From NCBI GenBank assembly GCA_965277105.1, contig OZ255710.1, positions 792,730 through 856,729 on the forward strand: a stretch of 64,000 nt of DNA, written 5' to 3'. How positions within the stretch are numbered: the first letter of the stretch is position 1; each line of letters opens with the position of its first letter. The notes beneath the pieces were generated by a model. That model did no database searches and was not told the DNA's origin. It was given only the letters and a program-made list of their open reading frames with translations. Positions 34,660-45,006 of this stretch are shown piece after piece. The stretch comes from Spirochaetota bacterium (GTDB taxonomy: Bacteria > Spirochaetota > UBA12135 > COTS27 > CAXSBA01). The position numbers were made by a program, and so were the translations under genes.

Positions 34660-35889
34660 TTATCCTTTAACGCTACCAGCAGTAAGTCCCGAAACTAAAA
34701 ATCTTTCTAAAATTAAAAAAATAACCAAAACCGGGATGGTTGCTAAAACTGCTCCAGCCATTAAAAACTGGCGAGGTACTTCAGAAGAATTAAGAGAAAC
34801 TAAGCCTCTAGATAAAGTAAAAATTTCTGTGCTATCAAGGAACATAAAGGCAAAAAGAAACTCATTCCAAGCAATCATAAAAACATAAAGAGCAACCGAA
34901 ACTAAAGCAGGAAGCGAAAGCGGGATTGTGATTTTTATAATAACCCCCAAACGAGTAAGCCCGTCAATAATCCCCGCTTCTTCTAACTCGTATGGGATAC
35001 TTCTAAAATAGCCTTGAAGCATATAAAGGGCTACTGGTATTGTGGTAGCCGGATAAACGATTAACAATCCCCAAAAGCTATCTCGTAAACTTAATTGGGT
35101 GAAAACAGCGTACAAAGGAATAACTAAAATAATAGCAGGAACCATATAAATAATCAACAAAATATGAAAGAAAAATTCCCTGCCAGGAAATTTTAACCGC
35201 GCGATAGCATAAGCTCCAGGGATAGAAAAAAAAAGCGAGATAATCACCGTTATAGAAGAAACCAAAAAAGAGTTTAACAAAAAAGAACCAAAATTAAATT
35301 GATCCAAAAGCTCTAAATAACTCCTAAGTAAGGGCATGATGCCTTTAGAAAAATCGAGAGAAAAATCGAGAGGGTTTAATAAAAGTAACTGCTGACTTTT
35401 TAAACTCGTGATAACCATAATAAAAAAAGGGAGAGCAACAATAGTAATAAAAAAAATAAACCCTACGCCTTTTAAAGCTCGAATCATTATTACTTCTAAG
35501 TAGTACCTCGATAAATTACTAAAATCTACTTTAGCCAATATAGCATTAAGCGAGAAAGCTAAAGCAAAACCATAAACCACCAAGATAGTTATCTGCATAA
35601 AAGGATGAAAAGTAAGGCTAAAAGCAAATGGGTGAAATTTACTAAAAAGTAGTAAAAGCGATATAATCAAAAAACCACTTAGTAAAAAAGTTTTTCTACC
35701 TCGTTTTTTTTGCGGGATTTTTAAAATAAAAAAAATTGCTCCTAAGGCACTGATAATTGCTGGCAACAACGAAGGGATGATGAACTCATCAAGAATTATC
35801 ATTTGAATAATCGAAAGCAAAATAAGCCATACTGGTCCCCAGATAAAACTTAAAAGTAAAATGAATAAAAAATTTCTTATTTTTTCCAT
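34660..35889 (-). CDS. ABC sugar permease (MalG-like) with ~130-aa extra N-terminal multi-TM extension
   Basis: EAA loop ELEEAGIIDGLTRLGVIIKITIPLSLPAL. At 409 aa it is well above the usual ~280. Confidence 0.8.
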   Translation of the reverse strand: MEKIRNFLFILLLSFIWGPVWLILLSIIQMIILDEFIIPSLLPAIISALGAIFFILKIPQKKRGRKTFLLSGFLIISLLLLFSKFHPFAFSLTFHPFMQITILVVYGFALAFSLNAILAKVDFSNLSRYYLEVIMIRALKGVGFIFFITIVALPFFIMVITSLKSQQLLLLNPLDFSLDFSKGIMPLLRSYLELLDQFNFGSFLLNSFLVSSITVIISLFFSIPGAYAIARLKFPGREFFFHILLIIYMVPAIILVIPLYAVFTQLSLRDSFWGLLIVYPATTIPVALYMLQGYFRSIPYELEEAGIIDGLTRLGVIIKITIPLSLPALVSVALYVFMIAWNEFLFAFMFLDSTEIFTLSRGLVSLNSSEVPRQFLMAGAVLATIPVLVIFLILERFLVSGLTAGSVKG

Positions 35890-35918
35890 TGTTGCAAATG
35901 CGTCAATTAGCTCACTTT

Positions 35919-37196
35919 TTAATCTCTTTCTTTGGGAGAAAACTTAAAGAAAAAAATAGAAAAAGTTAGCAAAAGGACAAAGATAACTACCGCAACCGCA
36001 GCCCCAGCTCCTAAATTAGCAATAGCAAAACCTTGCTCATAAACGTCCACTGTTAGCGTTCTTGTGCCGGCATTCCCTCCCGTTAATAAAAAAATATCGT
36101 CAAATTTATTAAAAGTCCAAATGAAACGCAGTAAAAAAAGAACAGCAAAAATAGCTAATAATTGAGGCAAAAGGATGTACCAAAATGACTGTAATGGACT
36201 AGCCCCATCTACTTCGGCGGCCTCGTACATTTGCTTTTCAATCGACTGCATACGCGCTAAAATAAAGAGAAAAGATAACGGGAAATAACGCCATGATTCA
36301 AATAAAATAACCGTAGTTAAAGCTAAGGGGAATTTCACTTCAAACCCCGCGAGATTTAACATAAAGTTTTTTTGCCCGAAAAAGTTAATAGCTTCTTTCA
36401 TTACCCCTAACTTTAAAAGCAGAGTATTAAACATCCCCGAAAAAGGATCAAAAATAATCACCCAAGTAAAAGCTACAGCAATCACCGGCGCCACATAAGG
36501 AAAGAGTAATAACCCCCGGACAAAACCCTTGCCCCAAAAATTACCATAAAGAAGTAACGCACTAAGCAAGCCTAACAAAAGGGCTCCTGCAGTACCAAAA
36601 ATAGTATAAATAAAAGTAGTTTTTAAAATCGTAAAAAATTCTTCATTATCGAGCATTCTATAATAATTTTCCAAAGTAAAAGAAAAGTTCGTTAAAATAT
36701 TGTCGCTCTTACCCCGAATAACTGGTGGGCTTTTTTTAAAACTAGCCCTATCCCATTCTCCGACAACCTCGGCCTCAATTTTTAACCGAATAAGCTTACT
36801 AGAAACCAAAACTGGTAAAGAGCAAAGCATATTATAAGGATTGTCGTTTTTAATTTCTTGACACCGCTCATCATAAGCAGTTACCTTTAAACTAGCAGGA
36901 ATCCTGTCTTTGATAGTTACTTCTATTATTTCTTTTTCTGGGGAGGAATTCCTTACTCGATATTCTAAGGTGAGGAGATTAGCATTATCCGCGTCTTTTT
37001 TGATACTTTTTTTTACAATAGGAGTAGGAGGGCGTAAGTCTTTTAGGTAAACCGGTTTAAAACTTATCCAAATATTAGCAATTAAAGGAAGAAAAACAAT
37101 AAACAGGACTATAAGAAAAGTAGGAAGTAGTAATAAAAAAGCTAAGCGAATTTCTTGACGTTGGATTGGGCCAATCCGCTTAACTTTTTTTAGCAT
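35919..37196 (-). CDS. ABC sugar permease (MalF-like) with ~140-aa periplasmic insertion after TM1
   Basis: EAA loop YEAAEVDGASPLQSFWYILLPQL. A hydrophilic insert (KPVYLKDLRPP...RGKSDNILTNFSF) lies between the first two TM helices. Confidence 0.8.
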   Translation of the reverse strand: MLKKVKRIGPIQRQEIRLAFLLLLPTFLIVLFIVFLPLIANIWISFKPVYLKDLRPPTPIVKKSIKKDADNANLLTLEYRVRNSSPEKEIIEVTIKDRIPASLKVTAYDERCQEIKNDNPYNMLCSLPVLVSSKLIRLKIEAEVVGEWDRASFKKSPPVIRGKSDNILTNFSFTLENYYRMLDNEEFFTILKTTFIYTIFGTAGALLLGLLSALLLYGNFWGKGFVRGLLLFPYVAPVIAVAFTWVIIFDPFSGMFNTLLLKLGVMKEAINFFGQKNFMLNLAGFEVKFPLALTTVILFESWRYFPLSFLFILARMQSIEKQMYEAAEVDGASPLQSFWYILLPQLLAIFAVLFLLRFIWTFNKFDDIFLLTGGNAGTRTLTVDVYEQGFAIANLGAGAAVAVVIFVLLLTFSIFFFKFSPKERD

Positions 37197-37205
37197 GATT
37201 TAAAT

Positions 37206-38567
37206 TTATTTTATTTTCGCCAATTCTTGATTAAGTCGATCTACAGTTGCTGAGGCACTTCGCTCACCATCAATAAATTCCCGGACTAATCTATTAATAA
37301 TTTGGCTATTAATAATATTAGAAGCAAGAGCCAACTGCCCTTCTTTTACTCCCCAGCGATTAGCAGTTTCTAGACCACTTACAATTTTATTAATCGTTTC
37401 ACTAGAGTACAAGTTAGCTAAAGTTTCTTTTCTATCTACCCCTACCGGTAAGTCTGACCAAATTTCAACGAACTTAGTAGAATCATTTTTATCCCCTCGC
37501 CTAACTGGAAATTTCCCTTCTGGAGCAATCGATAAAGTATCCGCATAACCATCGTTCATTGAATATTCGATAAACTCCTGAGCAACTTCTGTGTCAGCAT
37601 CAGCTGTAATTCCAAAATAACGAATATCAGCCCAAGCAGCTCCTTTTTTATTAGAAGGACCAGCAAAAGTTGTTACCACATCAGTTTTCTCAGCCAACTC
37701 GGTGGAAGTAGGATCGCTATTTATCGTAGGAGGAGCAGAATCTCTTAGTCCGGCTAATTCATCAAGAATGAAAGGAGACCAAATAATCATAGCTGCTTTA
37801 CCAGCAAAATAAAGTTCTCGTGATTGCTTCCAGTACAATTCACCGGGAGGAGATGCCTTGGCTAAAGTTTTATAAAAATTAAGCACCTGAGTTGTTTTTT
37901 TTTTATTTAACTTTTTAAATCCTTTTTTATTAACTGGGGACACCCCATTAGCAAGAAATACATGCTCTAAAACTTGTGACATAAAGTTTTCATCAACTTT
38001 AGTAGCTGCTACAAAGCCATACATATTCGGTGGGTTGTGTAGTTTTTTAATAGCTTTTTCTATGTTGGCGTAGCTATTTGGTGGTTGCAGGCCATTCTTT
38101 TGAAAAAGGTCTTTTCGGTAAACGATCATCTGAGTCCAACCATCTACTGGCACAGCAGCAATTTTTCCATCCTTAACTGTCGCCATTTTTAAAGCACCTT
38201 CAGCAAAGGTTTTTTTGCCTAATGCCTTGACCACTTCGTTATTAGCATCAACGTCTAAAATTCCTGCCTCGGCCCATGGCAAAACATATTGCAGAGTATG
38301 ATAAATAACGTCCGGCAAATCCCCTGCAGCAAAAGCAGCAGTAGTTCGAATGCCCAAGTCTTTTTCAGTAACCGGGATTACTTGAACAGTATGGCCAGTT
38401 TTTCTTTCAAATTCTTCAGCTAACTTTTCTTGTTTTGCTAAACGATCGGCTTGTTCTTCTGTCGTCCAAAATTTTATCGTCTCGGCTCCTAAATTATTTA
38501 AAAAGAAAATAAACAATAGAGAAGAAACAATAAAAATAAATTTAATGTTTTTTTGAGTTTTACTCAT
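37206..38567 (-). CDS. Extracellular solute-binding protein (family 1, sugar)
   Basis: 453 aa with an N-terminal signal peptide. It is the first gene of a minus-strand operon with two permeases, a hydrolase and an ATPase. Confidence 0.8.
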   Translation of the reverse strand: MSKTQKNIKFIFIVSSLLFIFFLNNLGAETIKFWTTEEQADRLAKQEKLAEEFERKTGHTVQVIPVTEKDLGIRTTAAFAAGDLPDVIYHTLQYVLPWAEAGILDVDANNEVVKALGKKTFAEGALKMATVKDGKIAAVPVDGWTQMIVYRKDLFQKNGLQPPNSYANIEKAIKKLHNPPNMYGFVAATKVDENFMSQVLEHVFLANGVSPVNKKGFKKLNKKKTTQVLNFYKTLAKASPPGELYWKQSRELYFAGKAAMIIWSPFILDELAGLRDSAPPTINSDPTSTELAEKTDVVTTFAGPSNKKGAAWADIRYFGITADADTEVAQEFIEYSMNDGYADTLSIAPEGKFPVRRGDKNDSTKFVEIWSDLPVGVDRKETLANLYSSETINKIVSGLETANRWGVKEGQLALASNIINSQIINRLVREFIDGERSASATVDRLNQELAKIK

Positions 38568-38884
38568 TATCCAACTCCTAGTATAATAAATTTTTGTGAA
38601 AAATACTCTTTAAAAGAAAAAAGTACTAAAAATATATTATATACTAAAAAAGTTTTTTAAAAAAAAAACTCAAATACAAAATTTATTTTGCTACTATATT
38701 CTGCTGTTAGCTTTATGGTTTGAATTTTAAAAATGCTTATCTAATTATCTAATATAAGATGAAAAAAAACTACAAGAAAATAATTAACGAGCTTTATTTT
38801 TTAAATGCTATTAAGCATAATAAAAAACAAATTCTATTAATTGCTTTTATTAGATTAATTAATAAAGGAGTTATAGTTATAAAT

Positions 38885-39208
38885 TTAACTTGTTTTTCTT
38901 TCCTTTAAAAGGAACCTAATCAGCAAACTAATAACTATTAAATCCAAAAGAGAAATCATTAAGAAAATTTCCAAGGAAGTAGCAAAATAATTAGCTGAAC
39001 TTACTATCATTCCTAATGTAGTAAAAATAAGAGTGATATAAAAAAAAGGCTTTTTTTCTAAAAGGATTAAAACTCCTAAAATAAAATAAATTATTGATGC
39101 ACTAACCATTTCGAGCAAATTTACGCCTTCTTTAAAAAATCCCCCGTATAAATGGATTAAAATATTTAGAAAAATTATTATAGCGATAACGATTAAACTT
39201 TTTCTCAC
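38885..39208 (-). CDS. Small hydrophobic membrane protein
   Basis: 107 aa with 3-4 predicted TM helices. No motif is recognised. Confidence 0.4.
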   Translation of the reverse strand: MRKSLIVIAIIIFLNILIHLYGGFFKEGVNLLEMVSASIIYFILGVLILLEKKPFFYITLIFTTLGMIVSSANYFATSLEIFLMISLLDLIVISLLIRFLLKERKTS

Positions 39209-39310
39209 TTTATTTTCTTTAATGAGTTTTTAATAAAAATTACTAAATTAACTAATAATAATTAATTTAGTAATTTTTACTTTATTTTTTAAAAAAAATT
39301 TATAAAAAAC

Positions 39311-40285
39311 CTAGGCAGAATTTTGACCGCTTACTCCTGCGTTAATGTCAATAATTTCACCAGAAATATATTTAGCATCTTCACTACATAAGAAACTTAC
39401 AGCATGGGCTACTTCTTCTGGCTCATAAAGTCCGACAGGAATAACATGTACTCCGTTTTTTGCCACACTATGAAAAGTTTCCATAGTAGGATTCTTAGGG
39501 AAAAGACCTTTTAAAACATACGGATTATTAAGTAATTTTGTATCCACTAAAGAAGGGCAAACAGCATTACAAGTAATATTGCTTTTCCCAACAGATAAGG
39601 CAGTACTTTTAGTAAATCCTATCATCCCCCATTTGGAAGTTGAGTAGATAGGAAACTCCTTATTGCCTGCTCGTCCAGTAACGGAAGCCATCAACACTAT
39701 CCTTCCAGACTTTTGTTTTTTCATCTGAGGGATAACCGCTTGAACGGTTTTGATTGCTCCAGCTAAATTGATATCTAAAACAAGTTGCACTTCTTCTTCA
39801 GAAAATTTTTCGATAGCCCCTAGTTGGGTGATCCCAGCATTAGCCACTGCAATATCTAGCGAACCAAACTCTTTTATAGCCCTAGCAACTGTATTTTTTT
39901 GTTTTTTGTCATCCCTTACATCGCCTTTTACCGCTAAACATTTAACGCCTAATGCTTCTACTTCTTTCTTGGTATTTGCTAAATCTTGCTCGGTTGCTAA
40001 CTTGTAAGGCAACCCTTTAATTTGACTAGCAATATCATATAAAACCACATTGGCTCCTTTAGCGGCGAAATCTAAGGCACAGGCTTTCCCTATTCCTCTT
40101 GCTCCACCAGTTACCAAGGCAACTTTCCCTTTAAGTTGCTGGTGTTGATTTTTGCCTTGAGCCCCTTTTTTAGTGGCGCCTAAGGCAACGCTAGGAGCTA
40201 GGGCTGATGCTGCCAGTCCAGCTCCGGCAATTGATAAAAAATCTCTTCTGCTTTTATTTACTTTTTTCATTTTACTTTCCTTCAT
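39311..40285 (-). CDS. Short-chain dehydrogenase/reductase with twin-arginine (Tat) signal peptide
   Basis: N-terminal SRRDFLSIAGAGLAASALAPSVALG, then TGGARGIG (cofactor), NAG, and the catalytic S...YSTSK triad. Confidence 0.8.
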   Translation of the reverse strand: MKESKMKKVNKSRRDFLSIAGAGLAASALAPSVALGATKKGAQGKNQHQQLKGKVALVTGGARGIGKACALDFAAKGANVVLYDIASQIKGLPYKLATEQDLANTKKEVEALGVKCLAVKGDVRDDKKQKNTVARAIKEFGSLDIAVANAGITQLGAIEKFSEEEVQLVLDINLAGAIKTVQAVIPQMKKQKSGRIVLMASVTGRAGNKEFPIYSTSKWGMIGFTKSTALSVGKSNITCNAVCPSLVDTKLLNNPYVLKGLFPKNPTMETFHSVAKNGVHVIPVGLYEPEEVAHAVSFLCSEDAKYISGEIIDINAGVSGQNSA

Positions 40286-40606
40286 TTATTATTTAGTTTT
40301 TTTCGCTTAAATTATACTATAAAAAATAGCATTAGTAAAGTATTCAAAGTATTTTTACTGCGTATTTTTGAAATATCTTCTGTAATCTTACAAATGCTAG
40401 AAAAAAATTAAATTTTCTTTTTGTCTTTAGCTATTTTAATTATTTTTATTGTTAAACATCGACTTTTATTTGGAAACTAAAGAAATAGAAAAAAACACTT
40501 TCTCCAGTTTTTGGGTAATTACTCTACGCTGTTTTTTTTTAGCTTTTGTTTATATACCTATAAAAACACCCCGAGCCAATAAAACTCGGGGGTTACTTTA
40601 GTCGTT

Positions 40607-41533
40607 TTAGCCTATATACTCGTTAAAGAATTTATCGATCGCCTCAACTGCTGGAGTGACATATTCGTCTTTCCAATACAGGTCAAAATGCCCAGCTTCA
40701 TCAAAAACTAACCTTTCTTTTTTTCCTAAATATTGTTCATAAAAATTGATAGCTCCACCAGCACTCACAGCTTTGCCACCATAAATGGTATAAAGAGAAA
40801 CTGGTTCCAATGAAGGAATATAATGAAATACGGAAAAATTTAATAGGTCAATCGTCGAAGTCACACTTTGCTCATTTCGCCAGTTAGGCGCACTACCCGG
40901 CTGACCTGGAAAATAATAATCCCGCATACCCACAGCAATTGGGCTTGCTTTTTTTATCTCTTCTTCCGTTTCAGGTACTGGTTTAGTAAATACATCTTGA
41001 CCAGTTGTAAAAAAACTTTGTGATGACATAGAAATCCCCGGCAACATCATGCTACGTATATTTTCTGCGCTACCATATGCTTTTATAAAAGTATCCGGCT
41101 CGACAAGGTAGGGACTTATTGTGGCTAGAGCTTTTACTCTTGAATCAAAAGCAGTTTCCATACCCGCTATTGCAGCTCCCATACAAATACCTAAATTAAA
41201 AATATGATTATCATCTACTTCATCTAGAGTAGTCGCATAGTTGATAGCATTTCTAAGGTCTTCAGCAATTCGATATGGGCTAAGGTATGATTTTCGCCCT
41301 TCGCTCTCTCCCCATCCTCTTGGGTCAAAAGCAATAGCAACAAAACCTTTTTCGCTTAATTTGTGAGCATAAAGACCAGCTGTTTGTTCTTTCACTCCAG
41401 TTGCTGGAGGCGTTACAATAACCACTGGCCGTTTTTCGCCGGAAGCAGAGTTTTCTGGAAGGTATAAGTCGGCTTTTACCTTGTCACCATAACTATCAAA
41501 ACTAATACTATTTTTTCCTATTTTGTGTGTCAT
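40607..41533 (-). CDS. Alpha/beta-fold hydrolase
   Basis: 308 aa. The pattern PVVIVTPPATG...AFDPRGWGESEG...LGICMGAA is typical of dienelactone-hydrolase/S15-like alpha/beta hydrolases. Confidence 0.6.
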   Translation of the reverse strand: MTHKIGKNSISFDSYGDKVKADLYLPENSASGEKRPVVIVTPPATGVKEQTAGLYAHKLSEKGFVAIAFDPRGWGESEGRKSYLSPYRIAEDLRNAINYATTLDEVDDNHIFNLGICMGAAIAGMETAFDSRVKALATISPYLVEPDTFIKAYGSAENIRSMMLPGISMSSQSFFTTGQDVFTKPVPETEEEIKKASPIAVGMRDYYFPGQPGSAPNWRNEQSVTSTIDLLNFSVFHYIPSLEPVSLYTIYGGKAVSAGGAINFYEQYLGKKERLVFDEAGHFDLYWKDEYVTPAVEAIDKFFNEYIG

Positions 41534-41744
41534 TTTTTATCCTTAACTTTTTAAATTTTTTAAATATAGTTATCATTTATTACATTTTAATGATTCTAGT
41601 ATAAAAATAAAAATCAGATACTTATCTTAAATAAAATTTTTCATTTTTTAAAAAGGAGTAAATCCAAGACGGACTTTTATTTAAAACCTGTTGTCGATTA
41701 TAAATAAGGATAATTCTTTTACCGTCACACTTATTTATAAGCGA

Positions 41745-43037
41745 TTAATTCTCAATAAAATCAATTATTTTTTTTTGGGCTTCTTCTCCTATAATCATCA
41801 TACTATGCCCACCAATATTTTCATTTTTTTCTTGGACATAATAATGAGTTGCTCCTTTATCTTTTAAAAAATCAACTTCTTCTTTCGAATAGTCACCTAA
41901 CTGTTCGTCTTCGCTAGAAGAATAAGATAATAGATTGGTTAAATCAACATTTTCTAAAAGTTCTAAATAATTATTTTGGCCAAGTGAAGCTAAGATTAAA
42001 TTATCAGTTAGGCTGGTATAAAAACTAATTCCTATCTTACTTTTCTGGAATTTTGAATCTATATAATACTCCGGACTCTCTGGGAATTTTTCTTCAAGTT
42101 TTGGTTTAGGGAGAAAATCTGTATAGCGGGCTTCTTGATTTTTAAAAAAATACTTAATAAATTCATATTCAAACTTAAACCTTCCACCTAAATGAACTAC
42201 CTTAGAAAAAGGATTCCCATAGGCAGCTAAGTAATCTAAAACTTGAAAAGAACCCATGGAATGCCCCATTAAAACAAATTTTTTATTAGGATATTTTTTT
42301 CTTAACCCCAAATAAACTTCATGAAGCATCTTAGTGTTTTCTTCTGTCTCTAACCTCATCTCATTCAAGCTAGCATTATAACTATTTAGTAGAAACTTTT
42401 TTAAAATATTAACTTGATAGGTATAGGCAACTAGGTAATCTTTATAGAGGAAATTCATATATTTTTCTAGATGAGCACTAGGGCCTCCTTGGGAAAAAAT
42501 AACGATAGTATTTGAATCTTCATTCCCTTCAAGCTCAACCAACTCTTCATAAGACGAATATTCATACGGAGAATATCCAGGGTAGCGAACATGCTGGGAA
42601 CAAAAGTCATTTGAAATAGAGCAAGCTATTAGAGGGATTTTATAATCAGCTTTACTAATGCAAGCCTTAGTCTTATCATCAAAAATACTACCAAGTTTCC
42701 CAGAGTCTTCGCATTGAGCATCTAAACTATCGATATACTCATTGCAACTTTTATCATAAATTAAATCAAGATTATCATTCCGGCATTCTAAAAAAAAATT
42801 TTCTCGATCAATTTCACTAATTTTTTCGAGGTTTTTGATGACTTGCTCTTTTACTTTATTGAAACTATTAATCTCTTCTTTCAGGGATGAAACCGTATTT
42901 AAAAAGTAGCCTCCCATAAAAATGATAACTAAACTTAAACTAAGTATTATTATATTTTTTATATTATTCATATTTTTTTTCACTTTTTTTGAATCCTTAA
43001 AATTTTTTTGGCTAAAAAAAAAGTATATCCTATACAC
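41745..43037 (-). CDS. Membrane-anchored alpha/beta hydrolase / lipase-like protein
   Basis: N-terminal TM helix (IIILSLSLVIIFMGGYF) and the nucleophile elbow VLMGHSMGSF (GxSxG). Confidence 0.55.
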   Translation of the reverse strand: MYRIYFFFSQKNFKDSKKVKKNMNNIKNIIILSLSLVIIFMGGYFLNTVSSLKEEINSFNKVKEQVIKNLEKISEIDRENFFLECRNDNLDLIYDKSCNEYIDSLDAQCEDSGKLGSIFDDKTKACISKADYKIPLIACSISNDFCSQHVRYPGYSPYEYSSYEELVELEGNEDSNTIVIFSQGGPSAHLEKYMNFLYKDYLVAYTYQVNILKKFLLNSYNASLNEMRLETEENTKMLHEVYLGLRKKYPNKKFVLMGHSMGSFQVLDYLAAYGNPFSKVVHLGGRFKFEYEFIKYFFKNQEARYTDFLPKPKLEEKFPESPEYYIDSKFQKSKIGISFYTSLTDNLILASLGQNNYLELLENVDLTNLLSYSSSEDEQLGDYSKEEVDFLKDKGATHYYVQEKNENIGGHSMMIIGEEAQKKIIDFIEN

Positions 43038-43367
43038 GCAACAACAAGTTAAAAATAAGTTAAATTGGCTATAACAAAAAAGCTCACTAATTTTTTTATT
43101 AAATTAATAAATTAAAAGCATTAAAATTAAAAAAGTAGTTTAAAAAAAAAATATTATTAATATTATTAAAATCACTTACTAAGTATAATAATGGATTTCT
43201 ATATCACTTTAAGTGGTAATTGCTCAAACGTTATTTTAATAGCAGGAGAAAACATTTCCAACTAGACAGTGAAAGTATCTTTTAAAAGTAAAAAATCATC
43301 TCGAGTTATTTAATTTTTTAGTTTATAATAAGATTATAAATTTAATTCAAAACTATCTTAAGCTCTT

Positions 43368-44984
43368 ATGAACCGCAAAAAAAATATTCAAAAAATGCAG
43401 AACGATTTCTTCGATGTTTTAGTTGTAGGAGGAGGAATTAGTGGTTCAGCAATTGCTGCTTGCCTATCAGCTCAGCCTTTGAAAATTGCTTTAGCCGAAA
43501 AAAATGATTTTGGTAGTGGAACTAGTCAAGAGTCTTCCAATTTAATTTGGGGAGGGATTAAATATTTAGAAAATTTCGAATTAGGCTTAGTAAGAAAATT
43601 GTGTAAATCGCGGAATAAGCTGTTAAAATATTTTTCTAATCAAGTAAAAGAAATCCGGTTCCTTTTCCTCCATGAAAAAAAAAGCAAGCATCCTTTTTGG
43701 AAAGTGTATTTAGGAGCTTGGTTTTATTGGCTATGGGGTAACTTTTTTACTTCTCCGCCTAAAAGATACTCATTACAAAAAAAGTTTTCTATTCCCATCA
43801 ATCACCAAAAAATCACTAACTTATTAGAATATTCCGATGCATATTTACCAGAAAACGATTCTCGTTTTGTTTTTAATTTTATTAAACAAGCGGATAAAAA
43901 AGGGGCTAGTGTGGCTAATTATTTAGAATTAAAGAAAACCCGCTATCATTTAACCGCTCCCAATTCTTCAGGCCCTTTCTGGGAAGTAACCCTTTTTGAT
44001 AAAGTGAGCAAAAAAAAAGTTACACTAAAAACTAGATTTATCGTTAACGCTGGAGGAATTAAAGTAGATGAAATTAATCAAACTAATAAAATCACTACTA
44101 ATTATCAGCATCTTTTCAGTAAAGGAGTGCATGTCATTGTCAAAAAACTCTTCCTAGAAGAAAAAGTTATAGCTTTTTTTTCTTCAGATAATAGGTTATT
44201 CTTTGCTATTCCTATGGGAGACAAAACTTGCTTAGGAACTACCGACAATCGCTTAGAAAAACCTCTAGCAAAAGTCACTACCGAAGACAAGCAATTTATC
44301 CTTGATAATATCAATTCGCTTTTTAAACTAAAAACTCCTTTAACCTTAAAAGACGTTATTGCTACTCGTTGTGGGATCAGGCCGCTAGTCATTAAAGCCC
44401 AAAAAAAATCAGCCACTTCTTCCACGCAAGATTGGTTTTCTTTATCTAGGAAACATTTAGTAGAAGAGCACGAAAAGAACTACTTTTCCATTTTTGGTGG
44501 GAAGCTAACTGACGTTATCAACATAGCCGAAGAAGTGTCCTGGAAGATTATCAAAAAAAACAAATTAAACACATTGAACCCGTGGGTAGAAACCAGTAGT
44601 AAAACTAACAAAAAAGATTTTATAGAAACCAGTAAAACTACTTTTGAAAAAAACAAAAAAACTAAAAACTCTAATAGCAATGCTAATAGCGAGATTACTT
44701 TTGGGTTAGAAAAACTTTGGCAGCGCTATGGCGAAGACGCGCGCGCGGTAATAAAAGAAATGGTAAAAACCCCCACACTCCTCGCTGATGCATCTCCCGA
44801 TGAGCACGATAAAAGCAATTACTCTTTAGGAGAAATTAACTACCTAATAAAAAACGAAATGGTTTGCCACCCAGAAGATATTTTGCGTAGAAGAACCATG
44901 CTAAGTTTAACTTTAAAAAAAAAAAACTTAAACGTTATTAGCGCTTATCTAAAAAAAAAATTAACCTCTAAACCTAAATCTTAA
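43368..44984 (+). CDS. glpD: FAD-dependent glycerol-3-phosphate dehydrogenase/oxidase
   Basis: DVLVVGGGISGSAIAACL is the dinucleotide fold, followed by GTSQESSNLIWGGIKYLE. It lies adjacent to glpK. Confidence 0.8.
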   Translation: MNRKKNIQKMQNDFFDVLVVGGGISGSAIAACLSAQPLKIALAEKNDFGSGTSQESSNLIWGGIKYLENFELGLVRKLCKSRNKLLKYFSNQVKEIRFLFLHEKKSKHPFWKVYLGAWFYWLWGNFFTSPPKRYSLQKKFSIPINHQKITNLLEYSDAYLPENDSRFVFNFIKQADKKGASVANYLELKKTRYHLTAPNSSGPFWEVTLFDKVSKKKVTLKTRFIVNAGGIKVDEINQTNKITTNYQHLFSKGVHVIVKKLFLEEKVIAFFSSDNRLFFAIPMGDKTCLGTTDNRLEKPLAKVTTEDKQFILDNINSLFKLKTPLTLKDVIATRCGIRPLVIKAQKKSATSSTQDWFSLSRKHLVEEHEKNYFSIFGGKLTDVINIAEEVSWKIIKKNKLNTLNPWVETSSKTNKKDFIETSKTTFEKNKKTKNSNSNANSEITFGLEKLWQRYGEDARAVIKEMVKTPTLLADASPDEHDKSNYSLGEINYLIKNEMVCHPEDILRRRTMLSLTLKKKNLNVISAYLKKKLTSKPKS

Positions 44985-45006
44985 CGACGAATAATAAAAG
45001 TCAAAA

